DNA of 63,412 nucleotides, filler included, from Octopus bimaculoides (lineage: Eukaryota), in assembly GCF_001194135.2 (NCBI RefSeq). It is 4 parts of 4 records of this genome, joined end to end, with 100 filler letters (N's around TTAATTAATTAA, not from the genome) between each part and the next. Parts side by side here need not be neighbours in the genome. Positions count along the whole stretch, not along the records: positions 50,851 to 60,182 come from NC_068990.1; positions 60,283 to 63,412 come from NC_068983.1; 2 more parts are not named here. One strand, written 5' to 3'. The notes beneath the pieces were generated by a model. It was not told the origin of the DNA. It ran no database searches and saw nothing but the letters and a program-made list of their open reading frames with translations. Shown here piece after piece: positions 51,325-61,920 of the stretch. Both the position numbers and the translations under genes were made by a program. The first letter of the stretch is position 1, and each line of letters starts with the position of its first letter.

Positions 51325-52416
51325 GTATGTTGTTTTGATTTATCAGATAATGGAAGTGGTTGCAGTGACATTGGTTGTTGTTGTTGTTGTTGTTTAATCT
51401 TAAATATAGTCTTCAGTCTTATAGGTTTGAGTATGAAAATCATTTAACAATTTTTTGAAATGATATGAAATATTTTCTAGCTTTCTTGGCTCATCCAAAG
51501 AAACTGAAAAATGTTCTGTATAACAACTATAATAATTTTATAAGCCATCAATATTAATTTTTAAAGGTTGATGGATGATAGAATTATCAAAACTCTAATA
51601 AAAAGGCCTTGCAGCATTTAGGTACGTCCCTTCATGTTCTTAGTTCAAATTCAGCTGAATTTGACTTTGCAGCTCATCTCTTCACAGAGCCAAAATTTGG
51701 TACCAATAGTATACTGAGAATCAATTGAAATGACTATGGCTGCTACTTATGCCAATATAAGAAATCAGTTTTACTTTTGTATATTTACTGAAATATATGT
51801 ACAGGATTTATTTGCCAACTTACATATCTCATAACAACACTTAAGATATCCCTTCTATATATTTTTTACTTCTTGTGGCAAAATCTATTGTACATTGTGA
51901 TCTATAGACCTTTCTTGGACACCAACATTATTTTGCTTACATTTGTAAGAGCTTCACTTTGAAAATGTGTTGTATCCAATATTGTTGTAGGGTGGAAGAA
52001 TATGTTTACAAATATTAACATGCACACAGAGAGAGAGAGAGAGAGATTCTCTACTTGTTAATAGTCTCTCAGAGTCAAAATATACTACCAGTAATATATT
52101 GAGAATCAACAGAAATGGTTGATGTTTCCCCTCTCTCCTGATCTCTGCTATTTCTGTTACATATCTGCTAAACTCTGTATCTGTCAAATTTTCAAGCAAT
52201 TATTTATTATTTGCTAGCTGTATATTCATTTAATACACGTAGTATATTAAAACGAACTATTTAAAAACTTGACATGCATCAGAGATCATTTTGGAAAACG
52301 ATAAATGGGAAGTTATAACAGTGTGTGTTAACATCATCATCATCATGTGGAGGTACGTGGCTTAGTGGTTTGGGTGTTGGACTCAAAAACATAAGATTGT
52401 GGTTTTGATTCCTGGA

Positions 52417-52474
<58 letters not shown>

Positions 52475-52651
52475 CTTGCCATCAATGTAAATAAGTAACC
52501 GTCAAGTACTAGAAATGATGTAATCAACCATACCTTTAAGATGATATCCCAATATGACTCTTTTCCAATGACTGAAATCAATAAAATAATAGTACCAATG
52601 GGTCCCGTTTACTGTAACTTAAGTTATTTTATATTGAAAATATATTTCCAG

Positions 52652-52755
52652 ATGCCAGGTGTGAACTTACCTACAAGCCAGATGTCATACTATTTACTGA
52701 CTCTTTTAATTTGTGGAATTCTTCATGAATTTGGTCATGCTCTTGCAGCTGTCAG
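52652..52755 (+). CDS. MBTPS2: MBTPS2 exon with the HExxH zinc-binding motif, phase 0/2
   Basis: ttccag| and |gtaatg. MPGVNLPTSQMSYYLLTLLICGILHEFGHALAAV(R) matches S2P VPGINLP..HEIGHGIAAIR. Confidence 0.97.
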
Positions 52756-53181
52756 GTAATGTTGATCCTTGTTCTAATTTACACACAGTTCTGTTCTTTT
52801 GTGTTTGATTTTAGTCTTTGCAGTACAATGCTACTGAAGTGAAAGTTTTACTATATCTAGTTTATATTATTGATTAAATTCATACATCAGTGATACACTT
52901 GCTATCACATCCAACAAAATCTAGTCGAAAAGTACTTCCACTCACTTTAAACAAACAAGTCCACTAGTCCTAATGGTGTCACTTCTATAATTCTCAAACA
53001 TTGTACCCCAGAGCTATACTTACCAAACTCTTTGTTCTCTCTCTCTCTCATAATTATTTTAATCTAATGTCTCTCTGCACATAATTATTTTAATCTAATG
53101 TCATTTCAAGGATGTATATTAATTTAATTGTTGATATCTAAAATGTCAGCATATCAAATGTTATTTCTTAATTTTTGCTAG

Positions 53182-53428
53182 GGAACAAGTCCATGTGAAC
53201 GGTTTTGGATTTTTCATCTTGATACTGTATCCAGGAGCCTTTGTTGAGATGTCCACTGAGCATCTGAAAGTGATAGCACCAATTCGACAACTGCGAATAT
53301 ACTGTGCTGGTGTCTGGCACAACTTCATTATTGTACTTGCGGCATTGCTGGTTTTACTGCTGTTGCCTACATGTCTGTTGCCATTCTACACGATTGGAAA
53401 CTCAGTGGTGGTCAGCTATGTAGTACAA
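53182..53428 (+). CDS. MBTPS2: MBTPS2 exon, phase 2/0
   Basis: ttgctag| and |gtgagt. EQVHVNGFGFFILILYPGAFVEMSTEHL..QLRIYCAGVWHNF..LLPFY matches S2P. Confidence 0.97.
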
Positions 53429-53500
53429 GTGAGTGATATCAATCCCTTATTTGTTTAATTTGAAGTGTTCAGAACAGTTTCCTATCATAACAGAAAATTG

Positions 53501-53667
53501 TTCTGAGTGGTTGGCATTAGGAAGGGCATCCAGCTGTAGAAACTCTGCCAAATTTAGATTGGAGCCTGGTGTTGCTATCCGGTTTCACCAGTCCTCAGTC
53601 AAATCATCCAACCCATGCTAGCATGGAAAGCGGACGTTAAACGATGATGATGATGATGATGATGATG
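53501..53667 (+). mobile_element. Young SINE/LINE-tail family E with a (GAT)n tail
   Basis: Near-identical reverse complement of the 58264, 59146 and 59948 copies (ggatgcccttcctaacgccaacc; tttaacgtccgctttccatgctagcatggg). Confidence 0.85.
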
Positions 53668-54280
53668 TTAATCATAATTTTCAGAGAATGAAACAATTCA
53701 GTTATATTTTAAATTTTCTTTGTTTTTATTAATATTTAAAAGTGTGGTACAGGTGCAGGCATGGCTTTGTGCTACGTTTCCTTTCAAACNNNNNNNNNNN
53801 NNNNNNNNNNNNNNNNNNNNNNNNNNNNNNNNNNNNNNNNNNNNNNNNNNNNNNNNNNNNNNNNNNNNNNNNNNNNNNNNNNNNNNNNNNNNNNNNNNNN
53901 NNNNNNNNNNNNNNNNNNNNNNNNNNNNNNNNNNNNNNNNNNNNNNNNNNNNNNNNNNNNNNNNNNNNNNNNNNNNNNNNNNNNNNNNNNNNNNNNNNNN
54001 NNNNNNNNNNNNNNNNNNNNNNNNNNNNNNNNNNNNNNNNNNNNNGTTACATAGTTCAGCAAAAGAGACCAATAGAATAAATATCAGGCTTAATACAAAT
54101 AAATAAGTGCTGGAGTTGTTTTGTTTGACTAAAATTCTTCAACCTGGTGGCCACAGTCTAATGACCGAAACAAGTAAAAGATGAAAGATTGAATTATTAA
54201 TTTAGACTGATTACTTTGGACCAATCTCCAAATATTTTTTAGGTGCATTTTATATTTATTTTGAAATATATTGTTAAGTG

Positions 54281-54530
54281 CAGGTGCGGTTGTGTGGTAA
54301 GAAGCTTGCTTCCCAACCACATGGTTCTGGGTTTAGTCCCATTGTGTGGCATCTTGGGCAAGTGTCTTCTTCTATAGCCTCAGGCTGACCAAAGTCTTGT
54401 GAGTGGATTTGGTAGACGGAAACTAAAAGAAGCCTATCACATATATATTTGTACATATTTAAGTGTGTCTCTGTCTGTGTTTGTCTCCACCATCATCATT
54501 TTACAACCGATGTTGGTGTTTTTATGTCCC
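54281..54530 (+). mobile_element. SINE family A, CpG-decayed
   Basis: Family A head and body. Confidence 0.85.
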
Positions 54531-54559
54531 CATAATTTAACAGAATAAGTCCTGGGGTC

Positions 54560-54772
54560 AATTTCTTATCTACTCTAGGCATGAGGCCTGAAATTTTGGG
54601 GGAGTCGATTAAATTGACCCCCAGTACACAACTGGTACTTAATTTATCGACCCCGAAAGGATGAAAAGCAAAGTTGACCACAGCTGAATTTGAACACAGA
54701 ACGTAAAGGGAGACAAAATGCCTCTAAGCATTTCATCTGGCATGCTAATGTTTCTGCCAGCTTGTCACCTTA
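54560..54772 (-). mobile_element. SINE family B, CpG-decayed, nested in the tail of the preceding family A copy
   Basis: ttgaccccagtacacaactggtacttaatttatcgaccccgaaaggatgaaa.. The family A tail resumes at ~54773. Confidence 0.8.
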
Positions 54773-55659
54773 GTCCTGGAGTCAATTTCGTCAAGTAAAA
54801 CCCTTTAAAGTGGTGCTTCAGCATAGCCACAGAAAAATGATTGAAGCAAGTAAAAGAATAAAAACACTGAACAGAAATGATGACGCTGATACTCTGCAAA
54901 ATAGATATTATTATTGCAACAACCTACCTAGAAATGCTACTGCTAGTGTGGTTATCCATTATTATAGTATCTAGATGTAAACTAGATGGTCATAGACTAT
55001 TGGTTGTTAAATATCTCTGTCAAGGATATAATACAATATAAATGGTAAGATAGGACTAGTTTAAGTGACTGCCTAGTAGCATGCCTAACTGCTACCCTGA
55101 TGCACGTGTGTTTAGTTTCTGCAAGCATGCAGAAAATACCTTTTAGAAATTTGGTAGTGGTAACAGAAGTATCAGAAGTATTTACCATATTACCGTATAT
55201 GAGAGTTTTTTTATGGAGTCAGTTCTTTGACAGCAATAACTTGTATATGTTCTTCAAAATGCCTTCACCACTGCCTCATTCTGGCTCACTGTCATCATTC
55301 TACTTTGTAATCAGATTACCTCATTAAACTAATATCAAATATCTCAGCAAAATCTGCAGATCAGGAAGCAGCCTTTATGAATCCAGCAGCCTGCTGGTAG
55401 TGTTTGCAAAATCATCAGGAATTCTTGCAATTTTTCAGGCAAATATTCTTGAAGACTCAATGGTGGAGTGAGAAAGATTGTTAAATGGGCCATGTAAGAT
55501 ATTATGGAGAATAAGATCTTTCTCGTCAAATGAGATAGAAGTGAAAACAAAAGGAAAGAGAGAGGGGGGGGGAGAAAGATAAAGTCTGCAAGTTGTTTGT
55601 TCCAATCCAGCTACGAAAGAAGATGCAAAAGATAGTACTTTAAAAAGGAAATTTGCCTG

Positions 55660-55950
55660 TTGCTAACAAGCTAATAACATTAAAATTAGCAACATATAAC
55701 TAATAACCCTCAAATGTTAGCAACACCAGATAGTCATCTTTGATGAAGCTAGCAATACTAGCTAATAATTTTCAAAGATAAGAATTATTAGCCAGTTTTT
55801 GAAGATTAGCTAGGCCAGCTAATCGAAACAGATTAGCAATACTAGTTAATCACCCACCGAAATTCACCACATCAGCTAATAGCCTACAGAGGGAAGCAAC
55901 ATAAACTGATTGCCTTTGAGCAACACTAGTTAATCTCCCACAAAGATCAG
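55660..55950. repeat. Degenerate ~30-bp minisatellite, about 9-10 units
   Basis: Recurring (t)agcaa(c/t)a..ag(c/t)taat at roughly 25-32-bp spacing. Confidence 0.65.
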
Positions 55951-56457
55951 TTACTCAGTAACTGATGTTAATCTAGTTGACAAAAATGAGTAACAACTTC
56001 AGAATTTCAATCAATTAAAATTAGAATTATAGTGTAGTGAGGAGATGAAAGCATTAGCTCAGTGACTAAGTTAAATAACAAAAGCAGAGATGATAATAAG
56101 TTTTTAGGTGAGGGGAAGATAGAAAATATTTATAGTGAGTGTGTCTTTAAAGGATACCTGTAAGGAAGATAGTAACTGGTGCAGTTAGTTCAAAGAGACA
56201 AGTAATGGTATTGGTGGAGAAGTAATGCAAAAACTAAGGATTTAAGACTGGTGTTAATTTCAGAGAAAGGTAAACTGAGCTAGTCAAGTAACTACTGAAA
56301 TTTGGGAGCCAAAAAGCAAAATGTAGATGCTTGAGGAGTTCAGAATTAACCTTGTTATGAAATGAAATTTTTGGTATCATTGAAACTTTGGATATGCCCC
56401 CAAGTTTAATTACAGTCAAGATTAAATCTTTTAAATACATCGATATATATCAGTATA

Positions 56458-56830
56458 GGTACAGGCATGACTGCTTGCTTCCTAACTACATGGTTCCGGG
56501 TTCAGTCCCACTGTGCCTTCTACTATAGCCTCGGGCCAACCAAAACCTTGTAAGTGGATTTGTTAGATGGAAACTGAAAGATGCCCTTTGTATGTGTGTA
56601 TGTGTGTGTTTTTGTGTCTGTGTATCCCCCCCCCCACCAATATTGCTTGACAACTAATGTTGGTGTGTTTACATCCCCTCAACTTAGCAATTCAGCAAAA
56701 GAGAGTGATAAAATAAGTAATAGGCTTACAAGGAATAAGTCCTGGGATCAATTTCTTTGACTAAAATGACCTTTTAAGGCAGTATTCCAGCATGATCGCA
56801 GTGAAATGGCTGAAACAAATAAAAAAAAGG
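56458..56830 (+). mobile_element. SINE family A, internally deleted
   Basis: Head, body and tail motifs of family A. Confidence 0.8.
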
Positions 56831-56965
56831 AATAGAAGAATGTGTTATTACTGCCTTACGCACTTTCCCCAATTTCCCATTTATCATCATCATCATCATC
56901 ATCATCATAAGTTTATACATCAGCCTTTATCTCTCTCTTTTTTTTTTTCTTTTCAACATTCCAAG

Positions 56966-57164
56966 GGCTCTGCTGTATCTGGTCCAAGGGGACTGGTTGT
57001 AGGGGACCCAATTACAAGCATCAGTGGTTGCCGTGTGACTAGCATTGATGACTGGTATACTTGTATTGCTGTAAGCATCAAAGAGGGCAATCTCGGTAAC
57101 TGCATGGCTCTGAACGTTATCCAGGACCTTGATACAAGTATGGCTGCTGCTTTTATGAAGAAAA
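56966..57164 (+). CDS. MBTPS2: MBTPS2 exon (PDZ-like region), phase 0/1
   Basis: Polypyrimidine tract plus ccaag| and |gtaagt. GSAVSGPRGLVVGDPITSISGCRVTSIDDWYTC matches S2P [29 protein letters not shown]. Confidence 0.93.
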
Positions 57165-57570
57165 GTAAGTGTTCGTTTGTTTTATAGTTGATGTTGGTGA
57201 TTTTTGCAAATTGGTCTAATTACATGGATAATCTCAGTAAATTGAATTGTTTCATCTCATTATATTACTCTGCAATATTTGTATTCCTGATTTATAATTA
57301 TTCACTTTAATTTCCTATTGTTGTGATTGCCTGTCTATTTATGCTAATTATTTTATTTTGTTTATAATAGTAATCTGATTCACTTGTATTCTCTTTTTTA
57401 AAATTTTTATCGTCATTTAGGCACAAAATAAAATAATTAGCATAAATAGCTTGCTTACCAACCACATGACTTTATTGCTTCTGCTGTTTTTTCTCATTTA
57501 TTTTAATCAATTTTCATTATGGTTGTTACTGTTGTCTAATAATTCTTGTTTTTGTTGAATGTCCTTGCAG

Positions 57571-57674
57571 ATATGACTAAAACATCACCATTAAATCAAC
57601 CAAAAGACTGTTGCAACCAAACCAGTAACACTCATCTTTGTTTCATGTATCATGTTAAAAGTTTACCCAAGACT
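57571..57674 (+). CDS. MBTPS2: MBTPS2 exon (Cys-rich insert), phase 1/0
   Basis: ttgcag| and |gtgagt. (N)MTKTSPLNQPKDCCNQTSNTHLCFMYHVKSLPKT matches S2P ECCNNHSLTDVCFSY, and the phase joins the previous exon. Confidence 0.9.
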
Positions 57675-57820
57675 GTGAGTACTGTATTTATTCATGTATA
57701 ACATGCAGAACTAATTTGGGGCAATGAAATCTTGGAGAAAACTCTTGTGCGTGATGTGCAGTATTTTTTGCGTGGTGCTTTGCTATTATTTTACATTTCA
57801 AATTGAAACTATATATAATA

Positions 57821-57977
57821 TGTGGCTGTATGGTAAGTAGCTTGCTTACCAACCACATGGTTCCGGGTTTAATACCACTGCATGGCACTTTGGGCAAGTG
57901 TCTTCTACTATAGCCTCGGGCCGACCAAAGCCTTGTGAGTGGATTTGGTAGACGGAAACTGAAAGAAGCCCGTTGTA

Positions 57978-58034
<57 letters not shown>

Positions 58035-58236
58035 TTGTGTGTCTGTGTTTGTCCCCCCCAACATCGCTTGACAACTGATGGTGGTTTGTTTACGTCCCCG
58101 TAACTTAGCGGTTCGGCAAAAGAGACCGATAGAATAAGTACTAGGCTTACAAAGAATAAGTCCTGGGGTTGATTTGGTTGACTAAAGGCGGTGCTCCAGC
58201 ATGGCCACGGTCAAATGACTGAAACAAGTAAAAGAG
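57821..58236 (+). mobile_element. SINE family A, full length and young (CpGs retained), with internal (TA)n
   Basis: Best-preserved copy in the window. Confidence 0.9.
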
Positions 58237-58263
58237 TGTATATATATATATATATATATATAT

Positions 58264-58416
58264 ATCATCATCATCGTTTAACGTCCGCTTTCCATGCTAG
58301 CATGGGTTGGACGACTTGACTGAGGACTGGTGAAACCGGATGGCAACACCAGGCTCCAATCTAAATTTGGCAGAGTTTCTACAGCTGGATGCCCTTCCTA
58401 ACGCCAACCACTCAGA
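58264..58416 (-). mobile_element. Family E copy
   Basis: (ATC)n followed by gtttaacgtccgctttccatgctagcatgggttggacg...ggatgcccttcctaacgccaaccactc. Confidence 0.88.
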
Positions 58417-58447
58417 GAGAGAGAGAGAGAGCTAACTAGATAGATAG

Positions 58448-58480
<33 letters not shown>

Positions 58481-58533
58481 TATACATACAAACATGCATA
58501 CATAGAGAGAGAGAAATGAGATATATATCTGCA

Positions 58534-58636
58534 CTGGCATAGCTGTGTGGATAAGAAGCTCACTTTGCAACCAGGTGATTTTGGGTTCAGTCCCACTGCA
58601 TGGCACCCTGAGCAAGTGTCTTTTATTATAGCCCTG
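58534..58636 (+). mobile_element. SINE family A head, truncated
   Basis: gctgtgtggataagaagct..gggttcagtcccactgcatggcaccctgagcaagtgtc. Confidence 0.75.
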
Positions 58637-59143
58637 GGAGATCATCTCTGTCCCTTCTTTATTGTTTCATTCATTCTCACCTATGTAATACCTTTGCATA
58701 CATTTTATTGTAATAATGAATGGGCCCTGATTGTAAAAATATAGAATTATTATCTGTATATGATAATGTCACACTCACTTCCCCCCTCTCTCTCTTCTTC
58801 CTCTTTCTCTTCCTCGCCCTCTCCCTCTCTTCCTCTCCCTCTCCCTCTCTGTCTTCCTTTGTGTCACACTCCAGTCGTTTTATTCAAAAGAAGAAAGTTT
58901 TTACTTACAAAATGTTTATATTTATATGAAGTGGACTGTATTAATTCATTTGAATAAAATGTTTTGGTCAAAAACTATCATTTTGCTCCCAAATAGATGC
59001 TACCAGATGCCATAGATATGATAATTAGGGACAGTAAGAATAAATAATACTTTTAGATTATTCAAGGAATAAGTTTCTTTCATTAGTTATGTTCCTATGT
59101 ATATATTGATTTTATTTTTGTTTTTAATTCAAGGTTTTATATT

Positions 59144-59145
<2 letters not shown>

Positions 59146-59179
<34 letters not shown>

Positions 59180-59327
59180 GTTTAACGTCCGCTTTCCATG
59201 CTGGCATGGGTTGGACGATTTGACTGAGGACTGGTGAACCAGATGGCTACACCAGGCTCCAATCTGATTTGGCAGAGTTTCTACAGCTGGATGCCCTTCC
59301 TAACGCCAACCACTCCAAGAGTGTAGT
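59146..59327 (-). mobile_element. Family E copy
   Basis: Same sequence as the 58264 copy. Confidence 0.88.
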
Positions 59328-59947
59328 GTTCCATATTCCTATTAAAAGAAATCTGAGTAAATGGAATAGAGGGAGAGAGAGAGAGAGAGTGTGTGTATAT
59401 GTAAGAGAGAGAAAGGGTGGTAAGTCCATGTAGATAATAAGAGATAATTATCGAGAGACAAGTTGGAGAATGATGGTGGTAGTTGTAGTCTTTTGTTTAC
59501 ATGTTTATTCTTCTCTTATTACAGCCTTATGAAGTGGATTGTTATCTATGGCAGCAATTTTTCAGGAAAAACATTTGTCACTTGTTGAAACACTTAAGCT
59601 ATGAAGTTATTTTCATTTTGAGTTAATTCTTCTTCAAAGTAGTTTTTTTAATAGCCAAGAGATGTAGTGAAGTGTTATATTGGTCACTAAAAAAGAGGGG
59701 AAGTGGGTTTTTTTTTCTTTCTTTCTTTCTATTTTATTTGGAGAAAATGGAACAGCCAATGTTTGAAACTTTTAATTGCAAAGAATGCTTTGGAATAAAA
59801 ATGCAAAGCAAAAAATTTCAAGGGCAGTTTAGGATACATAGTCTAAAGTATTTAATTATTCGTTTTCATAAAACAAGCATAGAGCATATCAGAGTTATAT
59901 TTTCCTATCATTTGCTAGTCACAGTTTTACATGCATACGTACATACG

Positions 59948-60182
59948 TCATCATCATCATCATCATCATCGTTTAACGTCCGCTTTCCATGCTAGCATGG
60001 GTTGGACGATTTGACTGAGGACTGGTGAAACCGGATGGCAACACCAGGCTCCAGTCTGATTTGGCAGAGTTTCTACAGCTGGATGCCCTTCCTAACGCCA
60101 ACCACTCAGAGAGTGTAGTGGGTGCTTTTACGTGTCACCCGCACGAAAACGGCCACGCTCGAAATGGTGTCTTTTATGTGCC
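59948..60182 (-). mobile_element. Family E copy, longer, running into a gap
   Basis: Same sequence, plus an extension gtgtagtgggtgcttttacgtgtcacc. Confidence 0.88.
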
Positions 60183-60919
60183 NNNNNNNNNNNNNNNNNN
60201 NNNNNNNNNNNNNNNNNNNNNNNNNNTTAATTAATTAANNNNNNNNNNNNNNNNNNNNNNNNNNNNNNNNNNNNNNNNNNNNATGTATGTGAGGGGTGTG
60301 TATGTGCGTGTTCATGTGTGTGCATGCGTATGTGTGCCAGGTATGTGTGTTATTTTGTGTGTGCACTCCTGTGTGTATGTGTGTGCATGTGTATGCAGCT
60401 GTGTATGTAGGCGTGCGCGTATATATGGGTGTGTGTGTGTATATATGTGCGTTCGGCTATGTGTGTGTGAGGGCGCGTATGTATGTTTGTCATGTATGTG
60501 GGCGGTATATGTACGTGGGCTGTATATATGTAAGGTGTGTGGCTATGTGTGCGTGTAGGTAGTGGTGAGATAAAAAGTGGAAAAAAGTAACTGTAATAAC
60601 AAGAGAATAATGGATATAATGTAAGGGGGACGAGGGGGGATGTTAAAAAAAAAAAAAAAATTATGTAAAGTGTTGCAGGGACGTAAAGGGGAGAGTCATA
60701 AGGAAGAGAAGGCTGCATTGAGTCCGAAGGGGAAAGAAGAATTAAGGTTGAAAATGTAGCGTTGCTCCAAGTGGAGTCGCGAGGGAGTGGACCCATGGTG
60801 CAGGGCGAGGCCAAAAACGGAGATGTTAGAGGGAGAGTGGTTGGGCAGTTGGAAGTGACGGCCGACAGGTGAAACGGTCGGCCAGCCGGCGGCCCGTCTG
60901 CCCCACGTAGGTATATGTT

Positions 60920-61110
60920 TGTGCTTGTCTCTCTATCATCGCTTGACAACCGATGTTGGTGTGCTTACATACCCGTCACATAGCAGTTCAGCAAAAAGAA
61001 CCAATAAAATAAGTACTATGATTACAAAGACAAAGTCCTAGAGTCGATTTGTTCAACTAAAGGTGGTGCTCCAGCATGACCACAGTCAAATGACTGAAAC
61101 AAATAAAAAA
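60920..61110 (+). mobile_element. SINE family A, 3' half
   Basis: catcgcttgacaaccgatgttggtgtg..ggtgctccagcatgaccacagtcaaatgactgaaacaa. Confidence 0.82.
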
Positions 61111-61127
61111 ATAAAAGAAAATAATAC

Positions 61128-61172
<45 letters not shown>

Positions 61173-61199
61173 CATACGCACACATACATATATACATAT

Positions 61200-61410
61200 T
61201 CTTTTATTCTTTTATTTGTTCGTCATTTGACTGTGGCCATGCTGGAGCACCGCCTTTAGTCGAACAAATCGACCCCAGGACTTCTTCTTTGTAAGCCTAG
61301 TACTTATTCTATCAGTCTGTTTTGCCTAACCACTAAGTTACAGAGGACGTAGATACGCCACCATTGGTTGTCAAGTGATGGTGCGGGACAAATACAGACA
61401 CACAAACACA
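61200..61410 (-). mobile_element. SINE family A, 3' half, inverted relative to the previous copy
   Basis: tcatttgactgtggccatgctggagcaccgcctttagtcgaacaaatcgaccccaggac. Confidence 0.85.
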
Positions 61411-61734
61411 CACACATACATATATATGCACAAGCACTTTGTTTCTCCAAAACTACATCAAATTTCAGAGTTCATGGTTTGAAAATGATGCTGTTGTTAA
61501 ACCTTCAGATAAAATGTCTTGTGATTTGTGGGGTTTGGTTTTGGCTCTGTATCCTGAATTCAAATCTTTCATAACCCAACATTGTCCTTTCATCCATTTG
61601 GGCTCAATCAATAAATTTCCAGTGAGGCCAGGGGATCAGTGGAATGCTAGAGAATTAAAATAGATACCTTGCAGTATCTGTTCCATCTCTGTGTGTTTTG
61701 AGTTCAAATCCAACCCTCTGTCACTGGCAAAACA

Positions 61735-61920
61735 AAATGGCTCTCCATCAATTATGATGACAAAGGTTCCAGTTGATCCGATTAACAGAACAGCATGCTT
61801 GTGAAATTAATATGGAAGTGGCTGAGCACTCCACAAACACATGTACCCTTAATGTAGTTCATGTACCCTTAATGTAGTTCACAAGGAGATTCAATGTGAC
61901 AAAACATGTGATAAGGCTTG
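61735..61920 (-). mobile_element. SINE family C, 3' fragment
   Basis: ggttccagttgatccgat..gaacagc..gctgagcactccaca matches 4908-5040 and carries a 20-bp tandem duplication. Confidence 0.75.

Noticed and set aside
59525-59626. Acceptor plus open frame PYEVDCYLWQ.. as the next MBTPS2 exon
   Set aside because: No match to the expected CLPAR..C..C region and no suitable donor. The next exon is probably in a gap or beyond the window.
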